A stretch of DNA of 64,000 nucleotides from an uncultured Bacteroidales bacterium. Lineage in GTDB: Bacteria > Bacteroidota > Bacteroidia > Bacteroidales > UBA3824. Position numbers and translations under genes: made by a program. Numbering within the stretch: position 1 is the first letter of the stretch; each line of letters opens with the position of its first letter. The stretch covers positions 23,115 to 87,114 of the forward strand of contig CAMOSO010000027.1 of assembly GCA_946624925.1 (NCBI GenBank), written 5' to 3'. The notes beneath the pieces are model-generated. The model did no database searches. It saw only the letters and a list, made by a program, of their open reading frames with translations, and was not told the DNA's origin. Shown here piece after piece: positions 9,188 to 17,791 of this stretch.

Positions 9188-11608
9188 ATGAAAAAAATAA
9201 TACTTACAATAATCGCAATTGCGCTCACCACGCTCACAGCCTCGCCGCAGGCACTCAAAGCGGGTTTTGAGAACCTCAACCGCCAGAAATACGACGACGC
9301 CGCCAAGGTGTTTGCCAAGGCGTTGGAAAAAAGCACCGAGACTATGGCTGCCAATTACGGTATGGGCTGCGTCATCTGCGAACCGTCATACCAAGGCTAC
9401 AACGCTTTGAAAGGTTTTAGGATGATACGCAACGCCAACGACCGTTTCAATGCCTCATCACAAAAGACCAAAACCACCTGCAAGGACGTTTACGGATTTG
9501 GGTACGACGAAATCCACGCCAAGATGCTCGCCGTGGCGCAGGGTCAATTGGACAAGGTAAAAGCCGAAAACAACACCTACGACGGCTACCAATGGTTTAT
9601 TGAAAACTTCGACGGCGCAGAGCCTCAGGTGAAGGAGGCACGCGAGTTGCAAGCTGAAATAGTTTGGCAGAGTACATCACAAGCCAACACATTCCGCGCC
9701 TACAAGGATTTTTATGACAAGTACCCCAACACCACCCACGCCGAGGAAGCCCGCGCACAATACGAATCGCAATGGAAAAAACTATGTGCCGAATTTTACT
9801 CCGAGGGCGAACTATCGCAGATGGATTTGTTTGCCAAGCAGTACCCCTCCTACCCTTTCTACACCGACGCCGACAAGGCTGCATACGCACTCGCACAGGA
9901 GGCAGACAAGCTGAAACTTGCAATGCCTTACAGCGAAGACTACGAACCGTTTTACAAGGCGTTTGTTGAAAAAGCCGCCCCATCGCAACAAGCCTTCGTG
10001 GCATTGCAACGTATGGTATCGCCATATTTGGAATGGGGACGATACAAGGAGGCGGGCGACATATTCGCGTCGTATTCGGATAGATTTCCCGACCAAAAAG
10101 CCGACATCGACCGCATCGCCGCAATGCTCCGCGCTCCCGGCAACAAATCCAAGACCACCGCACTGCCCAAGACCATCAACACCGACTACCTCGAATACGC
10201 ACCCGTAATCACCCCCGACGGCAAGACGCTCTATTTTTGTGGCAACGGTCGCCCCGACAACATCGGCAACGAAGACATTTTTGTGGCTGAATTTGCACGC
10301 GGCACATGGCAACAGGCTCAATCTTTGGACCAATTCAATACGCCATTTGGCAACGAAGCCCCCCTCGCAGTGTCGCCCGACGGCAATATGCTCCTCATCT
10401 ACAAGGACGCCAACATCTACTTCACCGAGCGCACCCGCAACGGCTGGAAGGAGTTGAAAAAGATGACTGTCCTCAACTTTGGCAATTCGTGGTCAGCCGA
10501 CGCATCCTTTGCGCCCGACGGCAGCGCGATTTTCTTCATTACAGACCGTCAGGGCAATGTCGGTCGCTACCATCCGCACGAGTCGTATTTTCACGGCAGT
10601 TACCACGGCAATAGCGACATCTACGTATCCACGCGCAACACAGACGGCTCCTGGAACTCCCCCATCAACATCGGCTCCACCATCAACACCCCCTACGCCG
10701 AGCGCAGTCCGTGGCTTGCATCGGATATGAAGACATTGTATTTCAGCAGCGACGGCCATTGCGGTATGGGCAAGTTGGACGTTTTTAAGGCTACACGCCT
10801 CAGCGACACTTCTTGGACTCAGTGGAGCGAGCCAATCAATCTCGGCAAGGAAATCAACACCGCCAACGACGATTACAATTATCTCATCGCCACCGACGGC
10901 AAGAGCGCAATGTTCACCAAGGTTTCGAGCAGCAATGTTGACATTTGTACAGTTGACCTTCCCGAAAAGATGCGCCCCGAAGCCATTGGAATTGTATTTG
11001 GCAAGGTTGATGACAACACCGGCAAGCCCCTCGCCGCCACCATCAAGTGGGAAGACCTCGAAACCGGCAAAATCCTCGGCACATTGCAATGCAACCCGCA
11101 GAAGGGCACATACTTCATCACCCCCCCCGCCGGCAAAAAATACGGCTATTTTGTGGAAATGGAAGGTTATTATCCCGTCTCCGGCAACCTCAACACCGAG
11201 GGTCTCACCTCCGGCAAGGACATTGAGCGCAATATCACGATGAACTCCATCGCCGAAATCCTCGAAGGCAAGGTTGCGATAGTTTTGGAGAATATCTTCT
11301 TCGACACCAACAAGTACCAACTCCGCGCCGAATCCTTCCCCGAGCTTGCGCGTCTTGCAGCCTTCATCCGTCAGAATCCCACCGCCGTCCTCGAAATCTC
11401 AGGACACACCGACAATTCGGGTTCTGCGGAAGCCAACCGCACCCTCTCTCAACGCCGCGCCGATTCAGTGAAAGACCACCTCATCTCCCTCGGCTGCCCC
11501 GCCGCCAACATCATCGCCAAAGGCTACGGAGCCGACAAGCCCGTCGCCGACAACACCACCGAACAAGGCAAGGCAAAAAACAGAAGAGTGGAGTTTAAGA
11601 TACAATAA
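9188..11608 (+). CDS. OmpA-family protein with TPR-like N-terminus and TolB-like (PD40) beta-propeller repeats
   Basis: 806 aa with a signal peptide. It has repeated 'EYAPVITPDGKTLYF / EAPLAVSPDGNML / SFAPDGSAIFF / ERSPWLASDMKTLYFSS' PD40-type motifs. The C-terminal OmpA domain reads NIFFDTNKYQL...ISGHTDNSGS...NRTLSQRRADSV...NRRVEFKI. Confidence 0.85.
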   Translation: MKKIILTIIAIALTTLTASPQALKAGFENLNRQKYDDAAKVFAKALEKSTETMAANYGMGCVICEPSYQGYNALKGFRMIRNANDRFNASSQKTKTTCKDVYGFGYDEIHAKMLAVAQGQLDKVKAENNTYDGYQWFIENFDGAEPQVKEARELQAEIVWQSTSQANTFRAYKDFYDKYPNTTHAEEARAQYESQWKKLCAEFYSEGELSQMDLFAKQYPSYPFYTDADKAAYALAQEADKLKLAMPYSEDYEPFYKAFVEKAAPSQQAFVALQRMVSPYLEWGRYKEAGDIFASYSDRFPDQKADIDRIAAMLRAPGNKSKTTALPKTINTDYLEYAPVITPDGKTLYFCGNGRPDNIGNEDIFVAEFARGTWQQAQSLDQFNTPFGNEAPLAVSPDGNMLLIYKDANIYFTERTRNGWKELKKMTVLNFGNSWSADASFAPDGSAIFFITDRQGNVGRYHPHESYFHGSYHGNSDIYVSTRNTDGSWNSPINIGSTINTPYAERSPWLASDMKTLYFSSDGHCGMGKLDVFKATRLSDTSWTQWSEPINLGKEINTANDDYNYLIATDGKSAMFTKVSSSNVDICTVDLPEKMRPEAIGIVFGKVDDNTGKPLAATIKWEDLETGKILGTLQCNPQKGTYFITPPAGKKYGYFVEMEGYYPVSGNLNTEGLTSGKDIERNITMNSIAEILEGKVAIVLENIFFDTNKYQLRAESFPELARLAAFIRQNPTAVLEISGHTDNSGSAEANRTLSQRRADSVKDHLISLGCPAANIIAKGYGADKPVADNTTEQGKAKNRRVEFKIQ

Positions 11609-11610
11609 AG

Positions 11611-11633
11611 TGGAGTGCGGGCGGCTCGCCCGC
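11611..11633 (+). repeat. Dispersed hairpin element, copy B (may also act as terminator of the OmpA-family gene)
   Basis: TGGAGTGCGGGCGGCTCGCCCGC begins 3 nt after the TAA stop at 11608, with a perfect 7-bp stem and a GCT loop. Confidence 0.7.
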
Positions 11634-11725
11634 TACTGACCGGAGAAAAATATTTGAAAAAATGCGTTAATCTCTTGCATACCTCAAAAAAAAATATTTC
11701 ATTTGTGTCAAAATATTGAAACAAT

Positions 11726-12700
11726 ATGAAAACAAAAGATTTTTTGTATATCAGCCCGATTACAGACTTCGGCTTCAAGAAATGCTTTCGAGACGAAATT
11801 GTGATGAAAGGTTTCCTTACCGCATTGTTTGAATATGCAGGCATCAAACTCAACATTGTGAGTCTGACATACTTGAACAATGAATCAGATGGCGACAAGG
11901 AAAAATCTCGCAGGGTGATATACGACTTGAAATGCAAACTTGACACAGGCGAAGAGTTCATAATAGAAATGCAAAACGAGAAACAATCGTTCCTCGACAA
12001 ACGTATTACATATTATGTAGCTCGTGGCATTTCCAATCAAGGCGACATCATAAAACAGAAAGGTGATACCATCACCAAGAAGGAGAAGAAAAAATGGGAT
12101 TACGACATCAAGAAAGTGGTCGGAGTATTTCTTCTCAACTTCAAAATTCCCGGAGAGGAGAGCCACAAAGTGTCACGAAATTGCATTGTAGATGTCAACA
12201 GCAAGAAAAAGGAGATTACCAACGACCTCATCGAATATTGGAAGATACAGTTGCCATATTACAGAAAAAGGTCGATGAAACCCGAAAATTGCAAAACTGA
12301 ATTGGAATATTGGTTGTATAATATAGCAAATATGGACAAGATGAGAAATTCGGTACAATTTATGGACAAGACACCTGCCCTCTCGCGCCTTGGCGAGGTG
12401 GCAAGTTATCACGTGCTCACTCGCGCCGAGCAAGAAAAATATATGAAAGAATACGACGATTATGTCGTATTGAAAGACGCAATGAATACCAAATACCAAG
12501 AAGGCGCAGACAAAGGCGAAAAACGCGGTTACCAAAAAGGAATGGCACAAGGAATGGCACAAGGAATGGCACAAGGAATGGCGCAAGGCGAAAAAAATGC
12601 CCACATTGCAACCGCCAAACAAATGAAATCTGATGGTATGCCTATTGAATTGATTGTCAAATACACAGGTCTTACCGCCGAAGAAATCGACAAACTGTAA
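11726..12700 (+). CDS. PD-(D/E)XK nuclease family putative transposase (Rpn / PDDEXK_2-like)
   Basis: 324 aa. The N-terminal ISPITDFGFKKCF...VIYDLKCKLDTGEEFIIEMQNEKQ..FLDKRITYY matches the D...E-x-Q/K nuclease core of this family. The C-terminal ...AKQMKSDGMPIELIVKYTGLTAEEIDKL tail is also typical. I noticed no terminal inverted repeats around the gene. Confidence 0.7.
   Translation: MKTKDFLYISPITDFGFKKCFRDEIVMKGFLTALFEYAGIKLNIVSLTYLNNESDGDKEKSRRVIYDLKCKLDTGEEFIIEMQNEKQSFLDKRITYYVARGISNQGDIIKQKGDTITKKEKKKWDYDIKKVVGVFLLNFKIPGEESHKVSRNCIVDVNSKKKEITNDLIEYWKIQLPYYRKRSMKPENCKTELEYWLYNIANMDKMRNSVQFMDKTPALSRLGEVASYHVLTRAEQEKYMKEYDDYVVLKDAMNTKYQEGADKGEKRGYQKGMAQGMAQGMAQGMAQGEKNAHIATAKQMKSDGMPIELIVKYTGLTAEEIDKL
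12539..12586 (+). repeat. 12-bp in-frame tandem repeat (GGAATGGCACAA x4) encoding (GMAQ)4
   Basis: There are three exact units plus one unit with a single A-to-G change, all inside the Rpn-like CDS. Confidence 0.9.
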
Positions 12701-12727
12701 CCCACCAATATTCAACGATTTTTAAAC

Positions 12728-12784
12728 AAAAATTCCGTTCATAGCGCGCCAATCAAACCTTGGCTAACTATGAACGGAATTTTT
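12728..12784. terminator. Long perfect hairpin between convergent genes (bidirectional terminator candidate)
   Basis: AAAAATTCCGTTCATAG (12728-12744) is the exact reverse complement of CTATGAACGGAATTTTT (12768-12784). The loop contains an inner GCCAA/TTGGC stem, and the arms carry A-run/T-run ends. Confidence 0.7.
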
Positions 12785-12808
12785 CGATTCTCAATTGTCA
12801 ATTATCAA

Positions 12809-14395
12809 TTATCTCGCCGACACATACTTATGCAGCGTAGCCCTTACTGCGCCGTTTCCTGCAAAGAGTTCCTTTACCATGCCTTCGATTTTTTCGCCTA
12901 AGCCGGCTTCGTAGAGGTCGATGGCGAAAATGTCTTTGCGGCTGTAAAGTTTGCGCAATGCGCTCCAATCTTGATCGGGCTTGCCAATCTCCAAAGGTGC
13001 GACGATTGCCTGCAACTCTTCGAGCATTGGGTCGGGTGAACAGTCAAACGGAGTGCCGTCGTCCTTGATGCCTTTGAGGTAACGGGCATATCCCGCCAAT
13101 ACCAAAGGAATCAGCACAAGGTTGCTCTTATCAAGACCACGGGCGATGTACTTTTTGAGTGTTTCGCCAAAGCGGATGGGGAGTTTCTGACTTGTGTCGG
13201 TGGCAATACGCTGCGGAGCGTCGGGCATAAAGGGGTTGGGCAGACGCTTGTTGAGCACTGCGCCGATAAATTCGTAGGGGTTCAGTACGCCCGGGTCAAC
13301 CACTACCGGCATTGCCTCCATATATCCGATTTCCTGGATAAATGCACGGAGGTCGTCATCTTTCATTTCGGCACTGATGAGCGTGTAGCCCAACATACAG
13401 CCGTAAATCGCCATTGCGGTGTGGAGCGGATTAAGACAGGTGGTTACCTTCATAGTCTCCACCTTGTCAACGGTTTCGCGGGTGGTGTAGAGCGCACCTC
13501 CCAAATCGAGCGGAGGACGGCCGTTGGTGTAATTATCCTCAATAACAAGATATTGCACCTCTTCGGCGTTGACGAATGGAGCGGTGAAGGTGTGCTTTTC
13601 GGTCTCGATGTAATTGTTGTCCACAAAACCGTCGGCAGCCAAGAGTTCCTTTACCTTTTCATGTGGGCGGGGGGTAATCTTGTCGATCATCGACCAGGGG
13701 AATGTGATTGTTTTCTCGTTTTTCAAATAATCCACAAAAGCCTGAGGAACAAGACCATCCTTAGCCCAACGTTCTGCGTAGGCAAACACGCCGGCTTTCA
13801 CCTTGTCGCCATTATGCGAACAGTTGTCCATCGACTGAATTGTCAAGGGGTATGCGCCTGCCTGCCAACGTTCAAACAAAAGAGCCGTTACCTTGCCCAA
13901 AGCGAACACAGGTTTGAGTCCGCGAGCAAGGTCTGCCTCGTTAAACGAGTAGCCTTTTTCGGTGATGGTGAACGAAATCATCTGCAAGGTGGGATTCTTG
14001 AATATTTCTACCAAACGGTTCCAATCGTTGAACTGCGGGTCGGCTTTCAGTGCCTCGGTAACGCTGGCAATCACCTTCTTTTCGATGCTGCCGTCGGAAC
14101 AAAGGTTCACGCAGAGCGAGAGGTTGCCGTAAGGAGCGTATGCCTTGTCTATAACCTCAAAATCGAAGGTCTCAGCCACGATTACGCCACGGTCGTACTT
14201 GCCTTTGTTGAGCGCATCGTTGAGAATGGCTGCGGGAAATGCACGGAAGATGTTTCCACCACCAAAGTGTACCCAAGTAGGCTCTTTGGCAGTTTTTTCG
14301 CGCAGTGCCTTGATGTTGAATTTAGGGAGTTGGTAGCCCTTTTGCTCCCATTCTGCGGCGTTAAATGTGCCGTTTAAAATATCTGTTAGTTTCAT
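12809..14395 (-). CDS. uxuB: Mannitol-dehydrogenase-family oxidoreductase, probably D-mannonate oxidoreductase (fructuronate reductase)
   Basis: The family call rests on overall resemblance plus the position directly downstream of uxuA. The track start at 14404 is a TTG; an ATG at 14395 (MKLTDILNG) lies 1 nt after the uxuA stop. Confidence 0.75.
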   Translation of the reverse strand: MKLTDILNGTFNAAEWEQKGYQLPKFNIKALREKTAKEPTWVHFGGGNIFRAFPAAILNDALNKGKYDRGVIVAETFDFEVIDKAYAPYGNLSLCVNLCSDGSIEKKVIASVTEALKADPQFNDWNRLVEIFKNPTLQMISFTITEKGYSFNEADLARGLKPVFALGKVTALLFERWQAGAYPLTIQSMDNCSHNGDKVKAGVFAYAERWAKDGLVPQAFVDYLKNEKTITFPWSMIDKITPRPHEKVKELLAADGFVDNNYIETEKHTFTAPFVNAEEVQYLVIEDNYTNGRPPLDLGGALYTTRETVDKVETMKVTTCLNPLHTAMAIYGCMLGYTLISAEMKDDDLRAFIQEIGYMEAMPVVVDPGVLNPYEFIGAVLNKRLPNPFMPDAPQRIATDTSQKLPIRFGETLKKYIARGLDKSNLVLIPLVLAGYARYLKGIKDDGTPFDCSPDPMLEELQAIVAPLEIGKPDQDWSALRKLYSRKDIFAIDLYEAGLGEKIEGMVKELFAGNGAVRATLHKYVSAR

Positions 14396-14396
14396 A

Positions 14397-15650
14397 TTAA
14401 TCAAAAAATCCGGGTTGTTTGTATTCGATTCCTAACTCACGATCCACTGTGGCGAGGATGCCCTGCACCTGACCCATTGCAAACATACGTCCCAAGAGGG
14501 TGTAGCCTGAGTTGTGTCCGTGGCTCGATTCGTCCATTATGCCTCCCTTTTCGTCGGTAAAGGTCATACCGTGGTCAACGCGCATCGGGAGTTGGGGATT
14601 TTCCTTTTCAAAAATGCGGCAGAGTTCGATAAGGTCGGCACGTCCGCCAAGGTGCGATGCTTCGGTAAAGTCGCCGTTGGGGAAGATGTGGCACGAACGT
14701 AGATGAACAAAATGTGTGCGTGAGGCGAACTTGCGCGCCAAGTCAACCACATTGTTGTATGCTCCGGCAGAGAGCGAACCGGCACAGAATGTCAAGCCGT
14801 TGTGCTTGTTGGGCACAGCGTCGAGAAACCACTGAATATCTTCCTCGGTGCGCACAATGCGTGGCAATCCCAGCACCTCGATAGGCGGGTCGTCGGGATG
14901 GACGCACATATTCATACTGCACTCCTCGCAAACCGGCATTATGGCTTCAAGAAAATATTTCATATTAGCCCTCAATTCTGCCTTGCCGATGCCCTTGTAG
15001 AGGTTGAGAAATTCGCGGAATTTTTGGATGGGAGCCTCGTCGTTTTCGGAGAAGTTGCCGCTAACAAAGCCCTGAGTCTTGATAACGATAGTATCCACGA
15101 GTTTGTGGTCTTTTTCGGGAGTCATAGTCTTGGCAAGTTCGTCACATTCTGCCAACACATTGCGCCCCTCGCCAAAGCCTGCCGGAAACTTGAATTTAGC
15201 CCACTCCTCGCGTGCGCCCTCGCGTTTGAGGATGTAAATATCAAAATATGCAAACTCGGCATAATTGAAATAGAGGTTGGTAGAGCCGTTGGGATTCTGA
15301 TGCAGGAGGTCGGTGCGCGCCCAGTCGAGCACAGGCATAAAGTTGTAACATATTGTGTGAATGCCCTCTGCCGAAAGGTTGCGGAGCGATTGTTTGTAAA
15401 CCTCAATCTGATGGTCGCGGTCGGGACCGCCGTATTTGATGGTCTCCACCACGGGCAGGCTCTCAACTACGCTCCATCTCATTCCGTAGGATTCGATGTA
15501 CTCACGCAGGTCACGGATTTTTTCGCGGGTCCATACCTCGCCAAGTGGCACGTCGTGAAGGGCCGTAACGATTCCCTCAACGCCGATTTGCCGGAGTTGG
15601 GCAAGAGTGATTTTGTCTTTCTTGCCAAACCATCTCCAAGTTCTTTCCAT
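14397..15650 (-). CDS. uxuA: Mannonate dehydratase
   Basis: The N-terminus MERTWRWFGKKDKITLAQLRQIGVEGIVTALHD is characteristic of UxuA. The gene lies in an operon with uxuB and eda. Confidence 0.9.
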   Translation of the reverse strand: MERTWRWFGKKDKITLAQLRQIGVEGIVTALHDVPLGEVWTREKIRDLREYIESYGMRWSVVESLPVVETIKYGGPDRDHQIEVYKQSLRNLSAEGIHTICYNFMPVLDWARTDLLHQNPNGSTNLYFNYAEFAYFDIYILKREGAREEWAKFKFPAGFGEGRNVLAECDELAKTMTPEKDHKLVDTIVIKTQGFVSGNFSENDEAPIQKFREFLNLYKGIGKAELRANMKYFLEAIMPVCEECSMNMCVHPDDPPIEVLGLPRIVRTEEDIQWFLDAVPNKHNGLTFCAGSLSAGAYNNVVDLARKFASRTHFVHLRSCHIFPNGDFTEASHLGGRADLIELCRIFEKENPQLPMRVDHGMTFTDEKGGIMDESSHGHNSGYTLLGRMFAMGQVQGILATVDRELGIEYKQPGFFD

Positions 15651-15654
15651 AATA

Positions 15655-16314
15655 TTACTTAGTTGAATTTCTGATTTCTTTTACGGTCTGCAATGCAAAC
15701 TTGATTTTTTCGGTAATGGTGGCAAAATCTTTGGTGAGTTGGCTGCCAAGACCCACGCAAGCCACGCCTGCCTTAAACCACTCTTCGAGACATTCCTTGT
15801 CGGTGGTAACGCCGCCCGAAGGCATAATGTTGGTCCACGGACACGGTGCTTTGATTGCCTTTACGAACGAAGGTCCGCCCACCTCTTTGCCGGGGAAAAT
15901 CTTGACAACCTCGCAGCCCAACTCCTCAGCCAAATTAATCTCTGAGAGTGTGCCACAGCCCGGCAACCAAGCGATTTTTCTGCGGTTGCAGACTTTCGCC
16001 ATATCGGGGTTCAAGGACGGCGAAACGATGAAATTTGCGCCCAATTGGATGTACAATGCGGCTGTTGCGGGGTCAACCACCGAGCCAACGCCCATCATCA
16101 TTTCGGGACATTCGGTGGCGCACCACTTGTTGATTTGCTCAAAAACCTCGTGTGCATAGTCGCCACGGTTGGTGAACTCAAAAACCCTTGCGCCGCCATC
16201 GTAACAGGCTTTTACAACGGTTTTTACCTTTTCTACGTCGCTGTTGTAATAGAGAGGAACAATGCCAGTAGAAAGCATCGTATTAAGAACCTCCAAACGT
16301 TTGAAACGTGCCAT
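15655..16314 (-). CDS. eda: KDPG / 4-hydroxy-2-oxoglutarate aldolase
   Basis: 219 aa with the pattern GIVPLYYN...GGARVFEFTNRG...FPG..VGGPSFVKAIKAPCPWTNIMPSGGV, typical of Eda. It is the first gene of the hexuronate operon. Confidence 0.85.
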   Translation of the reverse strand: MARFKRLEVLNTMLSTGIVPLYYNSDVEKVKTVVKACYDGGARVFEFTNRGDYAHEVFEQINKWCATECPEMMMGVGSVVDPATAALYIQLGANFIVSPSLNPDMAKVCNRRKIAWLPGCGTLSEINLAEELGCEVVKIFPGKEVGGPSFVKAIKAPCPWTNIMPSGGVTTDKECLEEWFKAGVACVGLGSQLTKDFATITEKIKFALQTVKEIRNSTK

Positions 16315-16350
16315 AATAATTGTAGTGTTTTGTTATTTAGATTACAGACG

Positions 16351-16358
16351 CAAAGGTA
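16351..16358 (-). promoter_or_regulatory. Bacteroides-type -7 box TACCTTTG upstream of eda
   Basis: The minus strand reads TAccTTTG (consensus TAnnTTTG) about 36 nt before the eda ATG. Confidence 0.45.
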
Positions 16359-16554
16359 TATAAAATAAGCGAATTGTATGTCATCTGCACGAAAAAAACT
16401 TTTATTGGGCGAGTTATGGCAACGTATAAACCCTCAAAACGTCCATTTTTGAAAAAAAATAAAAAAAAATTTTAGAGATATAAAAATTGTTTCTAATTTA
16501 GGGGGCTTTTGAATGGAGCGCAAACAAACATAAAAACGAATAATCAACTGTACA

Positions 16555-17043
16555 ATGAAACGATTAATTATTTCTGCCGCGTGCGCAGCGTTGTTGCTTG
16601 CAAGCGGCTGCAGCACTTCCAAATACATGGAAGCGCGTTCTGTGCCAATCAACGACGTAGAAATATTTGCAATGCCCAAGGTGGCTTCGTTTGAAGTGGA
16701 CCCGGTGCACAAGACGTGGACTGTTACCGTCAAGCGCAAAGATGCAATCGCCATGGGTCTCAATGTCAACAATATGCGTGCATACGCACTCGCCATCGCC
16801 TGCAAGGACGGCAACCCCGATGCAAAGCCCGTTTTCGATGCAATTATGGGTGCGACATACGTGGTAAAGAGTAGCGGCAAGCGTTACGAACTCGAAGTAA
16901 CCGGCTTCCCCGCCAAGTACAAGGAGTTTCGCGACATGACCGCCGACGACATCGAAATCCTCAAATTCACTGGTCAGGGACAGTCTGAATTTGTGCCGGT
17001 GAATGCCGATGAAGTGTCTAAGTTTCACATTTTCAAAAAGTAA
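16555..17043 (+). CDS. Hypothetical lipoprotein
   Basis: The lipobox is MKRLIISAACAALLLASGC. The gene is 162 aa and is followed 5 nt later by the next gene. Confidence 0.6.
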   Translation: MKRLIISAACAALLLASGCSTSKYMEARSVPINDVEIFAMPKVASFEVDPVHKTWTVTVKRKDAIAMGLNVNNMRAYALAIACKDGNPDAKPVFDAIMGATYVVKSSGKRYELEVTGFPAKYKEFRDMTADDIEILKFTGQGQSEFVPVNADEVSKFHIFKK

Positions 17044-17048
17044 ACGCC

Positions 17049-17708
17049 ATGAAAAAACTATTGACGACAGCGGCGGCGGCGTTGCTTGCCTTCTCCGTCA
17101 ACGCACAGATAGTGTCCACCACGTCCAATTCCTCCCATAAATCGACGCAGATTGTGTCCTCGTATCATCAACAGGAGGGCGGCGATGTGAGGTGGTTCAT
17201 CAAGGCAGGTGTCAACTATTCTGGACTTCAAACCGCCCACGACTACGACGAAATCCACGGCGACCGCTCGCTCGGTTATGCCGGTGAAGTCGGTTTCAAC
17301 AAGCAAATTGCACGCTCGCCGTTCTATTACGGCTTCGCAATTGGCGCGTGCAGCAACCTTGGCAAGGAATACACCGACACCGATTCGGACGTGAGGGATC
17401 AGTTGAAAAATTTCAGTTTCAACGACGGCGACCCGCAGCACAACATATACATTTCGCCCCTAAACTTCGGACTCTGCCTCAACCTCGGCATCAAAATTGA
17501 CGTTGGTGTAGGCGCATTCTACACGGTGGAATACCTGCCCGAATTCGACAATCACGACTGGGGATTCAACGCCAACGCCGGTCTCTGGCTCGGTCCCATC
17601 TACCTCGGCGCACAAGCCCAGCGCGGAATGGAAAACCGCACCGAAGACGAGACCAAAGCCAAAACCTACCTCAGCAACATAATGTTCAGGGTGGGAGTGG
17701 GATTTTGA
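17049..17708 (+). CDS. Small outer-membrane beta-barrel (porin-family-like) protein
   Basis: Signal peptide MKKLLTTAAAALLAFSVNAQ, an alternating beta-strand pattern, and a C-terminal ...MFRVGVGF ending. Confidence 0.6.
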   Translation: MKKLLTTAAAALLAFSVNAQIVSTTSNSSHKSTQIVSSYHQQEGGDVRWFIKAGVNYSGLQTAHDYDEIHGDRSLGYAGEVGFNKQIARSPFYYGFAIGACSNLGKEYTDTDSDVRDQLKNFSFNDGDPQHNIYISPLNFGLCLNLGIKIDVGVGAFYTVEYLPEFDNHDWGFNANAGLWLGPIYLGAQAQRGMENRTEDETKAKTYLSNIMFRVGVGF

Positions 17709-17709
17709 C

Positions 17710-17791
17710 AATGCATAATTCATAATGCATAATTCATAATTAGGCGTCCGCCGGATGGCAATTATGCATTATGAATTATGCATTATGCATT
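17710..17791. terminator. Imperfect 32-bp inverted repeat built from tandem ATGCATAATTCATA units around a GC-rich 18-nt spacer (bidirectional terminator candidate)
   Basis: The arms at 17710-17741 and 17760-17791 pair at 29 of 32 positions. The structure fills the gap between the convergent stops at 17708 and 17790. Confidence 0.65.

Noticed and set aside
11726-12700. Is the Rpn/PDDEXK_2 gene part of a bounded insertion sequence?
   Set aside because: I saw no terminal inverted repeats or target duplications in the flanks. The downstream hairpin is a terminator shared with uxuB, so I treat it as a stand-alone gene.
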